In this document: one piece after another, positions 49,004-60,800 of the stretch
Layout: the number at the start of each line of letters is the position of its first letter
Numbering within the stretch: the stretch's first letter is position 1
Assembly (NCBI GenBank): GCA_002633005.1
Contig: NMRA01000028.1
Location: forward strand, 1 to 64,000
Length of the DNA: 64,000 nt
Direction of reading: 5' to 3'
Source of the DNA: Phoronis australis
Lineage: Eukaryota > Animalia > Phoronida
Notes under the pieces: generated by a model
Seen by the model: only the letters and a program-made list of their open reading frames with translations
Databases searched by the model: none
What the model was told of the DNA's origin: nothing
Translations under genes and position numbers: made by a program

Positions 49004-52000
49004 GTGATTTGGGCTGTGTGGAAACAATGTTGAATGGTGGCCGAGGTCGATAACATTTAATTGACGGTAATTTAAGCTCAGTGAAACAAACACGAAGTCG
49101 TGCACAGTAGCTGGGATAAGCTGTGTATACGTAAATAGTTCGCGAAAAAGCCAGACCGGTAAGCAAGACCACACATAATCACGCCAATGAAAAGCGAGTG
49201 TCCACCACACTTGAAAACAAGTCATCTAATCTCGTAAAAGCTCTGAAGAAGATCAAAACGTACCCGCGACTATTTTAATATTCGCGTTTTTGGTCTTTTT
49301 TTGGTGTATTTTAAAAATGCACTGTTTTCGCCGGCGTGAACATCACGCCTTCACTCAGTGACAATGCATTCACCAGTATTGATTGAGACAATATTGCCGC
49401 CATTATTTTCTAGCAATAGAGTGAAAATTCTAGCTAAACAGAATTACTAAACTAAGTTAGGGCTTAATAAGTCCTCTTCTAAGGCCCTATAGTTTTAATA
49501 GTAGGTCATCCTAATTAAACAGGACAGTAACATTCGTATCTCGGGGTTGCTATGGTTTTGTCCAAGTTTTTTTCGCATATTGACGCAGACGTTTAAGTGC
49601 ATGGGTAGTCAATGCACAGCGATTTTTTATCGTAACCGCCGGACCGCAGCACCAGTTATCAAAATCACAAAGTACCAGTAGTAGTTAGCACCAGTATACG
49701 TCATCTAGCACATATACTTGCCATGTCCAGCTCCAGTTTGGCTTACCGTCTAGATGAAAAAAGGAAACATCCAAAACAAATTGCAATGGTAATGAATTAT
49801 ATTAGTTAGTGGGGCCTAAGCTGTAGGAGAACAATTCGTGAGTACTGTCGTGCCAATTATTTTTTTCTACTTTGGTTGAATAAAGTATCTTCAATTCATT
49901 AATTTAGTTTCGCATTTTCTGAACAAAACGGGTAGAAGTTTTTACAGAATAAAGTGTCAAATTTATTAAGCATCAGAGGGCGCTGTAAAAGCAACATTGG
50001 CCAATTCCAAACTGAGAAACCCCATTTCTGGTACTCGCGACTGGTGCAAATTGCAAATCTACCGTGGGTGCCAGAGCAAGATATCCTTCGTTGCAAGACA
50101 AAAAGTACAGCAAAAAAGGTTTATCTTAAGTTACCAAATATGTTGCTCCTCATTTTGACCATGCAAAGACAAACAATAAAAGTGTTTGCATGTAAAAGAT
50201 TCGTCTGAGTATTTTTGGCAATGTTTCCGGGGGTCTGGAAACCACAAGATTGCTGAGGATTTAATCAGTCAAGTATACTATGATAGAATTATGTTAACTT
50301 ATATATTAAGTTTTGTTTATCTTAGAAAAATAATGTCAGGTTCAAAGGGTAGTTTTGAGAATACATTTTATTAAAGCTGGTTTGAGCTAAAATTCATTTT
50401 GTACTGATTTTAACAAAAAATGGAGCCCAAGAATATCTTTATGTTATCTGCAAGCAGTGTAACTACACTTTAAAAATTGTTCTGGGTCCGACTTTTTGAA
50501 AATAACATTTAATAATAAAATCTAAATTACGTATTACTAAAAGTATTGGGTGAACGGATGCCACAGGACGGAGGACTGACTCCACGGCGTTTCTTGTGTT
50601 ATGCATAGCAAGTTCAACCATTTCAGTGTACATAATTCATAATGTATATCAGACATGAATGTTGGTGTTTGATATGACTCGAAGAGCGGGTACGATAAGA
50701 ATGAGAATAACTCTATTTACGGAACTGCTTCAGCCGTTATCAAACCATAGACAGAGATCGGTTTTCTTTTTACCCAGACACTTTTAACGATTCAATTTAT
50801 TTCCAAAATAACCTTTCAACAAAGTATCATTGGCAAAACATTGACATGTTCAATGTCGTACTTGTATGAAAAAAATGAAAGGCGCCAATACGTCATTGAC
50901 AAAAATCAACTTTTCAATACATCTTTCACAATGAAACATTGCAATTGATCAAAAATGAACAGTTTAGGGATACAAATGATGAGCTAAATTTTGATCAATA
51001 TTCGATTTTTTCCCAACTTCCATGTCTCAATGAAAGTGGAACAACACAATTTTGTGCTCCATACGACATGTATTTTTACGAGGTTTATCCAAGTCGTTTC
51101 AGTGTTACTAATGATTGCAAACGACTCTACTTCAATCTGGACCCGCTAGGCCAAGGGAAGACGTTGGTGGTGAACGAGAGGGCCAGAGTTAATTTGACGA
51201 AATCAAATTTGTTCGTCGAATTGATGTAATTTAAAGTAGTTTTATATTCTAGCACTAACTCATGCTAAATGACTTTGTATGGAGATCACAATTTGGTTTT
51301 GTTTAACTTGCGACATCCATGCGACAGGGGTAAGCGCGTCGCATGGTTATCGCCTACGGGACACTACCATCGTTTTCCTTTGTTGCGTCTTCGTTGGATA
51401 TAAAAATACATGTCGCATGGATATCGTACCTTGGGCGCACATCAACCGCACTTGCCATTATCGTCATGACAACAAAGAAAAACAAAGTGAAGAATGACTA
51501 CGTCAAGCTAGCGATCTCTATGCGACCAGCTTGCGACCTAGTTTCAGTTGGGGAAAATTGCAGGTATTCTGGTACGACGTGTACCAGACGTGCGCAGGAC
51601 GCTCAGGTAGGCTCACTGCAATGATGACCTGGAACCATTTTATGCTTTGTTGATCTACAGTTAAAATCGAGCTGAGTAGCTAGAAATCTGACTCAAAGGT
51701 TTATCAGTGTGCCTCGGTGGGACTTCGAGTAAAGGAAGCGAACGGTTTTCCCACCAGGCCAAAATGCCTCCTCTATACAGCTATTTTAACCTCGTTTAAT
51801 GTGAACAACAATGCTTAATGTGTCGTTAAAATGCCTGATATAACAAATCTTATCAATAGTGACGCATTGAAAACGAACTATCAATTTCAACACATTGTTA
51901 TTTTTCACGGAATTTATTGGCACGTTTAAGAAATTTGCAACTTCAAACTCGAGAACTTTTTGCAACTGAAAACTACGCGTATGAATGAGATGGAAAGCGT

Positions 52001-52852
52001 TAAAAAATAAATGCCAGGTGAAAGTACTCAGAAAAACGTTTTTTTAAATTCTTACAGCTCGGGGACCCACTGACAATGTACCAAGTGAAAACTCTTGAGC
52101 TTCAACATTCCAAAACACCTTTTTCAACAGGGAAACAGTTTTACCTTACACATACCCGCAGGGGCCAGACGTCATGTGTGATATTATCTCTTTAAACAAT
52201 GCCGTTAAATAAGAGTTTAAACGAGATGGAATACGAAATTAAATACAATTAGAAAATGTAAGATAGAAATTATACTTATTTCCATACACAAAGTTGTTGT
52301 TGCCAACACTGACTAAGGTATTTGATGCAGGTTACGTACATGGTGCAATTTAGTAAATGTTAGAGGTAATTATCACCCCGTGATTTTGTGCGTAGTGTTA
52401 TAACTATTGCCCACTGTATAACTAGCACTGTAAAATAGGTGGTCATGAATAACACGAACTCGTCGCCTAAGCATTTATTCTCGACAAAGCATTAGTCACT
52501 TAGGCCTACTGGGAATTTACCGTAGGTAAAAAGGATTAACTGTTGACATCTAACTTTTAGATGATAAGCATTGAATCAATTAGACCTAAATTGAAATTCT
52601 TAATAATAGCGGTTCGTCAGTATGTTCTGTAATATCATTTGAGGAGTTTTTGTATGTGTTCGTATATGGAATAGTGCTATGCCCCTTTGGCTTTACATAA
52701 GTTACGTGACTAGGAACACACAACGAAAACTAGCCTGGCCACATGTTAATAGTAAACAACTACAATAAAAATGGAGACTGGTCATCTAAGTAAAACGGAA
52801 TAACTTGCAGTGATTCAACTGCTGCTGGAAAGCATAACGTAAAATGGTCTTG

Positions 52853-54204
52853 TATGGCGTGTTATGTGTTGCAAAATTCAATGTTCAAAAAATTAGGTTT
52901 GATGTAATTATGCGTATTCGATACCTTATATTTATATTTGATCTTATAATATGTACATTTGATGTCAAAATATTTATATTCTATGATGAAAATACTTATG
53001 TGCGATAACTTAGTATATATGTTCGATGTTTCATTCTATATGTTCGATGTTTCGTTTTATGCGTTCGATGTTTCTTTTGATATGTTCAATAACGGAATTA
53101 TGGGTATTATGAAACGACGTCCCTGATTGGTTCCTGGAATTAAATAAATGGCGGCCCCTACCGAAGAAGAGTTGCTTCCTCATTTTTTCGACAATTTAGC
53201 CCATTTCATTGATATTTGTGAACACGAATTCAGTTCAAGCGATTCAGAGGTGGTTAATGATGCTATGCAACAGATAGATGCCTATTTATACGCCCTTAAG
53301 TCCATTGACGAGCGATTTCGCGAGGAACTCGGTTCTCACCCTAACCAGCCAACAATATCAATGGCACGATATTGGGTAAAGTGAAAACGTGCATTTTAAA
53401 ATGTGTCGGTTTTTGACGGTGTAATCGACACATTTCGTTTCTCAACTAAAACCCGCAAAAACTTGCTGATTTAACTACGATCACCGACTGGATCGTCACT
53501 TTCCGGCAGCGGGACAGCGGGCGCGAACTTCTCCCAGTGTGTCATCCACCAATCCGTGGGTAATGGATACGTGGGCGCAGGGCAGTCAATCAGGCCTTGT
53601 ATGTGCACCGCTTCAGATGCCATACTGGGAGACCATATATATGCCGGTCGGCACTTAGTCCGCGGCATCACGACCGCCAACGCAGGGACAGACCGGTCTG
53701 CCAGCGGTCCGCCCTCGGCACCGCAGACCCCGCAAGCTGCCGGACTTGAACCCGTGGGCCGCCGTCTGGTGAGTTTTAACACTGAGATACCCGGGACAGG
53801 ACTAGGGACTGTATCCCGGCCTGCCGATAGACCCCACTGTATGCTTACCTTGGTTATATTTTCAAAACACCTTTGAGAAAGCGACACAAATGGCCAATAA
53901 TCGACACATTTCACAGCCGTCGTTTCAATTTACCCAGAGTTCCATTATCGAATGTAACCGGAAAACATCGAACAGAAATTTTCAAAACATTGAATACAAT
54001 AGTAATGAACATTGAATACATATAATCTTATGAAGCATAAATGTAGATAACATTGAATATAAGATCAAATATAAATATAAATATAAGAAGATCAAATATA
54101 AATGTAAGAAGATCAAATATAAATATAAGATATCCAATATATACATATAACTACATCAAACCTAATTTTTTTGAACATTGAATTTTGCAAAACAACACGC
54201 CATA
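52853..54204. mobile_element. IS3EU-type non-autonomous DNA transposon
   Basis: TATGG...CCATA termini; ~95-bp imperfect TIRs; exact 6-bp TSD GTCTTG (52847-52852 and 54205-54210); subterminal tatgttcgatgttt and aacattgaata repeats. Confidence 0.85.
53360..53947. mobile_element. Nested element with imperfect TIRs and a GC-rich core inside the IS3EU element
   Basis: tgggtaaagtgaaaacg...aaatgtgtcg pairs with cgacacattt...cgtttcaatttaccca. Confidence 0.55.
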
Positions 54205-54999
54205 GTCTTGCGCCATTTTTGTTTGTATCACACATCATAATTGTTTCAGCGATAACGCCTTAATCCGGACGAATTTTGGGCAAAAGTTTCACTGGCACCA
54301 AGTTATGCTTTGCCGCTTCTATTTACAAATAATAGGCCATGCCTAGCTGAACCTTTGCAGTAACTTGTCGACATGATTGACGCCAGGCTAAATTGATTAA
54401 TTTTGTTCAAATGTGTAATTTTCTATGTGGTCACCACTTTTGAACAATACGGGAAACAACAATCTTTATTTCCTGCAAACGAACCCCAGGACATTCTTTA
54501 CCTTGACTGCAAGTTCACAGAGATTGGGTGTGTATAAAGTAAATCAGAACATGTTACACGGATACATTTCTTAACTAGAATAGTGGTAAGTTTTTTGACT
54601 ATCCTGTAATGGGATTCCCAGCAATGAAAATCGTTTTCAGTGTTTAATTGTCGGGTTAATGGGATAAGAAATACAAAACCACCAACTGAAAATCACATTC
54701 CGTCATCAGTGAATTTGAGTTGTCAAACCGAAGTAACCGCACCACGAAATCGCATGGTCTTGTGTGATTCACCGATTACAGGCCACCAACCAACCAAATG
54801 TTGTCTGTGTGTTGTGTGTGTCTATGTTATTGTTGTTCGGTGTGCCTCAGTGATCGACGGCTGACCTGAATCTTCGCTTTCATCAGTTTTAAACCGCGGA
54901 TGTGTTTGATTGGTACGAGCTACTTCTCCGCTCTGTTATTCTCGTTTCTCGATGTTGGAGGTGTGGCACCACTAACCTACCAACAGATATGAAGAAGCA

Positions 55000-57522
55000 A
55001 TGTCTTCCGTGAGTACGTGTACGTTGCTCCTGTCCGCAGTGTTTCTTTTAAGTCGGTTATGTTCGTGTAATGCAAGAGGATGTTCATCCACAGATGAAAT
55101 ACGCAGTGCGGAAAAGGCAACAGGACACTGTTTAAATCTCGGAAGAGACGTGTTCAGGGACAGACCAAATCCGTTTTCATGTAGTAATAGATGTGGCAGT
55201 ATTTCCAACACTCGCGCTGACTGGATGTGTTCTTGTGACCTTTTGTGTACCATATATCAAGATTGTTGCATAGATTTCGTTGACGAGTGTACAATTTATG
55301 CCGCCGGCACTAGTCGCCCGGAAAAAACAACAGTCGAGTGTAAAGATACCACAAATGGATACTTTTTGCTCGTAGCTGGTTGTCCAAAGGGCGAGAAGGG
55401 TTCCGTAGAAGCGGCATTGTGTGAACATAGCAAATCTGACATATTATCGGAAATCCCAGTCTTCGATAACAAGACTAAAATACATTACAAAAATTACCAC
55501 TGTGCTGCTTGCAACGGAGTCAGAGCTGTTCAGTTTTGGAAGTTCATTTTAGACTGCGAAGGCACTGCTACAGAACCCATTCAAGTCACTTTTCAGGAAT
55601 TGATGGTGAAGCGCAACGATTCCAAATGCCGTGCCCTATTCAATAATACGCATAGTTACGACCGACTTTGTACCGAGAACTACATAAATAAATGTAGCAA
55701 GGATTGCGATGTCTCGCCCGAAATTGTCTCTGAGTGTGCTCGTTATCAACTTTTATTTTCCTACTTCGACTCCGACTTCAGAAGCTATCATTTCAAAAAT
55801 CCAACATGTGCTATGTGCAACAACATTTCACTGCCCCTTGACAATTGCTTAGCCCAGTGGCCAGCATTGCGTGCTGGCGCACACTTCTGGAAGTTCTCGT
55901 ATTCCCTTTTAGTAAATGTTAATCCTTCAGGAGAACTTAATGTAGGACTCTCCAGCTCCGTAGGCCAGAAAAACTCCAGCGCGCAAGCAGTGTGTGAAAC
56001 GCTAGGCTTGGACGACTGTCAAATTATTCGATGTCAAGACGGGTATGAAAATATCGACGGCCGATGTCAAATCAGGAATATTTTATCTAAAGTAGTTCTA
56101 AACATTACCTATGAGAGATCAGACAGACAACGTGTATTGCAGGGGTACGAACTTATTAAAAAATTGTCGCAATATTTCACGTGGCACTTGGAACCTGACA
56201 TAGTATTCAGTGACACCAATCCAGGAGTGAGAACTTCGGTTGTTATTAAATTTTTACAAGTGCATAATCTGCCATGTGATTACGAAATAGAAGCAAACAA
56301 GTCAAGAGAGACAATTATGACTTTAAATGCCCGTCTTGCTACGTGGTTTGAACAGAATGCATATGGTGAATTTGTTGACATTGTTGCAACGAATTATTTA
56401 GAGCAAAACTGTAACAACACAATTACGGCTAACAACACTGACTGTGCCAGAGTTTCATTTCCAAGAAGCTTGTTTAAGCTGTATCAGAATGGCTCTGCTC
56501 TATTTAACAACACGGTGTTACTTGACTCAACTGAGTTTGTAATGGTGGACAACAAAAGCGTTCTGATTTGCAAAGACAAGAATTTAACAATAATAAACGC
56601 GACATCGTCTCCACCGCCTGTTACAGAAGCAATGGGCATTGTTACTGTGGTCTGCTTGATAATTTCTGAATTATGTCTCCTTGTGAGAATTATTCTACAG
56701 TTCTTTGTGCCTCTCTATCGCAGCTTTCCTGGAAAACTGCAGTTGATCGTGTCAATTTCCCTATTTGTATCGAATATTTCATTTATGGTGAAAATTCAAG
56801 CTGCCAATCATCTCGAGGCTTGTGTTGTCGTTGGTGCCTTCACACAGTGGGCGTTTCTTGTTTATTTCTTTTCAATGAATACGATTGCTTTCGACTTGTG
56901 GCGGACCTTCAGTCAGGACAGGGTGCAAGCAGGAAACAGGGGTAATAGACGCATATTACAGTATTTGATATACTCTTGTACCATCCCGACCATCATTGTA
57001 ACAATTACGGTAGGAATCCAATACTCTGATGCTAACATCAACTTCAGACCGAATTTCACCGCGTATGGATTATGTTGGTTGCAAGGTCGCCCTCTGTTGA
57101 TCTATTTCGGCATCCCCTTTATGTTTGTTATCATCTCCAATGTAGTATTTTATGTTTTGGCTGCAATATCTATTCGCAAATCTCGGGAGTTGTCACGTCA
57201 AGCAAGAGACGCATCTGAAAGCGGATTTGCAGTTTATGTCAAATTGTGTGTTCTTATCGGATTGACATGGATTGTAGCGTTTGTTGCCCCGTTTATACGT
57301 CACGAGGCTTTCGACTACGTTTTCATCATTTTAAACACGTTGCACGGGGCGTATATATTTATTGGATTCGTGTGTACGAGGAGAATTTATAATGAATTAT
57401 TCAAGTCAAGAAGGTACAAGGCTGGGACTAAACCTAGGGGAACCATTGAGGTTCCTTTGAGCTGTGAAAATTCAGCGTCCACACCACCACGTCGGGAGAA
57501 ATTTAAAACGGACAGTTTTTAG
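55000..57522 (+). CDS. Intronless 840-aa class B (7tm_2, Methuselah/adhesion-like) GPCR with N-terminal somatomedin-B-like domain
   Basis: Signal peptide; SMB-like cysteine pattern SCSNRC...CSCDLLCTIYQDCCIDF; two Cys-rich units with YKNYHCAACN and FKNPTCAMCN; Mth-like stalk (C...LFKLYQNGS...EF...VLIC); seven hydrophobic helices from MGIVTVVCLIIS with class-B-type motifs (FFSMNTIAFDLWRTF, CWL, YFGIP, VKLCVLIGLTWI, FIILNTLHGAYIFIGF). Confidence 0.93.
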   Translation: MSSVSTCTLLLSAVFLLSRLCSCNARGCSSTDEIRSAEKATGHCLNLGRDVFRDRPNPFSCSNRCGSISNTRADWMCSCDLLCTIYQDCCIDFVDECTIYAAGTSRPEKTTVECKDTTNGYFLLVAGCPKGEKGSVEAALCEHSKSDILSEIPVFDNKTKIHYKNYHCAACNGVRAVQFWKFILDCEGTATEPIQVTFQELMVKRNDSKCRALFNNTHSYDRLCTENYINKCSKDCDVSPEIVSECARYQLLFSYFDSDFRSYHFKNPTCAMCNNISLPLDNCLAQWPALRAGAHFWKFSYSLLVNVNPSGELNVGLSSSVGQKNSSAQAVCETLGLDDCQIIRCQDGYENIDGRCQIRNILSKVVLNITYERSDRQRVLQGYELIKKLSQYFTWHLEPDIVFSDTNPGVRTSVVIKFLQVHNLPCDYEIEANKSRETIMTLNARLATWFEQNAYGEFVDIVATNYLEQNCNNTITANNTDCARVSFPRSLFKLYQNGSALFNNTVLLDSTEFVMVDNKSVLICKDKNLTIINATSSPPPVTEAMGIVTVVCLIISELCLLVRIILQFFVPLYRSFPGKLQLIVSISLFVSNISFMVKIQAANHLEACVVVGAFTQWAFLVYFFSMNTIAFDLWRTFSQDRVQAGNRGNRRILQYLIYSCTIPTIIVTITVGIQYSDANINFRPNFTAYGLCWLQGRPLLIYFGIPFMFVIISNVVFYVLAAISIRKSRELSRQARDASESGFAVYVKLCVLIGLTWIVAFVAPFIRHEAFDYVFIILNTLHGAYIFIGFVCTRRIYNELFKSRRYKAGTKPRGTIEVPLSCENSASTPPRREKFKTDSF

Positions 57523-59246
57523 TGTTGACATGAGTGCCGAGTTTGGCATGTTTTTCTTCTGTTCCCACACTTGACTGATGCTCGAAATAGATTGATTTTC
57601 GTAAAAAATGAGGTGTTTGGTACATGACTCGCAAATGTGGCCTACTGCTGAAATGTGTTCTTGTTTAACAAAACAAGGCCAATGGTCCACTTTGTTACCT
57701 GATCCATATTAATTCACAGTGATTTTAGGTACTGTTTCCTTTACGTTCACTATTTTAAACACACAGGGCGTGGTTTGCCAGTCGAAAGATATCATTAAAA
57801 TGTAAACATTTCGTAACTTTCTGCTTTGTTTGTCTACTTTATTTTCCTATTTATTTTTTAAAAGTTTATGGTGGGAGGGCTTATCGCGGAAATCACATTA
57901 CAGGTGGCGGAAGTTGAGTGAGCACCCATAATGCACGACTCAACTGTCACTCATTACGGCGGCTATTTAAGTGGTAGTGCACCATCTAAAATAAAAATTA
58001 AACTAAAACATCATATCAAATTCAGTTAAGTTGGAAAAAAATATTAAGAGTTGAAATGAATGACCATTATTTGGTGGTTTACGTTTCAACTGAACCAACA
58101 AATACGAATGGGAGTGTCTGAACTTTTACAGTGAGGTCGCGTCTGCTCTGAATGAAAGCAAATGTCGTTAAAACCAGGAGTCCTCGGGGTAAGAATTACC
58201 TTTCTTGATAATGAACAGCGCCAAAAATCCATTCTTAATTGATTCACCAACCTTACTCATGAAATATGAACTTCCGCTTGTGTGTTGAGTGAAAAATGAT
58301 ATTTTGAAGCTGTTTGTACTCGCATACGTTTCTCATGAGATGTAGCATTCATTAGTTCAATACAATGATTGAGGTACTGTACTGTGTTTGCTTCTAATTT
58401 CATACAAGCAAGAGCACTTTAAATTATTTTCACCGAAATTGCACCTAGCCTTTCTTACCCGCAGTACAAGTTGGGTATAAAGCATGTTTATTTGAATTTC
58501 TATGGTGCCACACTTTTTCTGTTGGCCAAACATTCTGTCACTTATTGGACATGTTCAGGCACCAACCCGGACCCGTTGACCTTTCGGCTGACCTTTAAAC
58601 TTGTTTACCTCGTCAGTTGGTTGTTGATATTGGCCTCTTCATTTCTAGTTCTTGCTTTTGATTGGTCGATTGTTTTGCTCATAATTTGTTATGATTTTAG
58701 GAAGTTGGATTTTCCACCACTCGTTGAAATAGTTTGTATTGCCAGTTAGGATTCTTAATATAAATTACGCAACACGTAGCCCCTCGGGTGGATGAAAGTC
58801 TAGGATACTGACCATCGGTTTCTGTAATAATCTCCTCCCGTGTACATGGCAGGTAGCCCAAATCCGGTCACCGAATAAGTTGTTTTCACCTCGTGAAAAA
58901 TACATTTGACACTTAAAATTGTCACTTACAAAGCGCTTGCGTTCTTCAACGATCCAGTACTTCAATTGACACACCAGAGTTGGGCCCCAATAAGCGCGAG
59001 ACTGAGCGGAGCGCGTGACTTAGCGACTGGTACCATAGGACCAACACTGTAGTAAACTTCCTGATAGAACTCTGCTGACACTTGTAAACAGAAGTATGGG
59101 GAGATATCCAGTGGTGCAAATTGCGAGGAATCGTGTCCCTTGGATTTTTCTTCGCGAACTGGCGTTATTTCGCTTAACTTTCTCAAAATAGTAGCCTACC
59201 GGGCTAGGGAAGCTTGAGTGAACCTCGATAGATTGTCACGCATATG

Positions 59247-59365
59247 CATGGGCGGCGAAGCACTGAAAAAGTGAGGGGGCCGGAGGGGGGCTAAAGCCCC
59301 CTCAGCACCCCTGTGGTGCACCACCTATAGACCACGTGCGGCGTAGCACTGAAAAAAGTGGGGCT
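59247..59365 (-). mobile_element. Same MITE, inverted and truncated, copy 3
   Basis: Reverse complement of 39850-39964. Confidence 0.7.
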
Positions 59366-59387
59366 CACTACAAAAGATACTTCTTTG

Positions 59388-59573
59388 CCACTACTCCAAA
59401 AAACACTACTCCGAGTAAAACCACGTTATTCCGAAAGCTCACTACTCCGGAAAGATGTTCGATTTTTTAAAAAATTTTGTCCAAAACTACTAAAACAATT
59501 TTCAAATTTTTAAAACGACATTGATGCTTGATTCATCTAAAAATCCATTACTCCGAATATACATTACTCTGAA
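59388..59573 (+). repeat. Dispersed short motif (c/t)actactccga, about 6 copies; probable subterminal repeats of a DNA element
   Basis: cactactcca, cactactccga, ttattccga, cactactccgg, ttactccga, ttactctga. Confidence 0.5.
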
Positions 59574-60467
59574 TTTAAAGTCCTCAAAAATGGGGGCTTG
59601 CCCATATATTCTCCGGTAGTGCTGTTTCCTTGACCTTCAGGTCTCTGTTGTTTAAAAGTAATTTTTGCACCGTTTTTTGTTTATGCTCCGCAATATTAAG
59701 GACTGTGGGCAAAAAGACTTCTGAAGACAGTGTCTTTGCTGTACGACAATAATTTGGAATAATTAATTTGTTTCCCAATATTACAGAGGCCTGGAACGCG
59801 AACACTCGGTAGAATAGCCTATCACTGCCCGGGCGGATTATATAGTTGCTGCCCTGGTCCTTCCCTGGTCACCAACAATTTTGTGTCACCCCTTTCACTC
59901 TGGCAGTGTCGTCCACAGCCAGGGATCCGCCCCAGGTGGACTGCTCGCCCTTTATCAACGTCACTGTTAGCTGTACCCAATATGGTACGTGGTTGTCTTT
60001 ACAGTGTATCTTTGCTTTTACTGTTTCGGGATTGTTATATTTCATCTTTTCACCGTCTTTTACTCTTACACAGGCATTTCAACACGAAATCCTAAAAATA
60101 AGCAACTCCACAGCGACAGTAATCATTAACAGATGTCTGAGAAATGAACAAAAGGCGTGCACAAACTTGACCTATAATTTCACGGTTTGCTGCAGTATGA
60201 TGTCCAGTCAACCCGGCCTTGAGGTCAACAGGCTTGCGGCAAGTGTTGACCGATCTGTTAAGACAAACTATCACTGCTGCAGTGAACACTCGACATGATT
60301 TTTAAAGTTACTATTTCACAGTATCTTGACATGTATATAGACTGTAGTCAACGACAGGACATGACAATACTTTTTCATCTTCTTCGTTGACCGTTACAGT
60401 ACATAAGCCAGACATTTCATTTTTTATAATTAATAAGTAAACCAGCAATACTTGATCGTTTTTTGCC

Positions 60468-60800
60468 TTAAAGGAGAATGCCACCCGATTTAATTAGTCT
60501 TTTTTACCATCTTAATCGGTCTATATCCACATCACCTCGTATACGCGGTCGATCTTACCTCCCCGAGAGGTGTCGCGTTAACCTGTGAGGAAGGTGAGAA
60601 ACGACGCAGCGACGTCAGTGGTTCTTTTGCTGAGGCAGTGCCGCTGTTATATGGTGTGGTGTATCGTTCTCGCTTGTGCTAACAATGAAGCTGCGAGGAA
60701 AGCGGATATATCGTTTTTCGATTTCCTCGAGAGCCCATAATGCCTCGAAAGTGGATCGCGGTAGTGAAGAACATGATGAAAAGCACACCGTTAATACCAA
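60468..60800 (+). mobile_element. THAP-domain remnant downstream of a TTAA-AGG terminus (Kolobok-like transposon fragment)
   Basis: ATG at 60651: MVWCIVLACANNEAARKADISF-[1-nt frameshift]-RFPREPIMPRKWIAVVK shows the THAP C-x4-C...FP...W pattern; ttaaagg at 60468. Confidence 0.6.

Noticed and set aside
58578-58595. TGACCT-n6-TGACCT nuclear receptor direct repeat
   Set aside because: A single short motif with atypical spacing and no promoter context.
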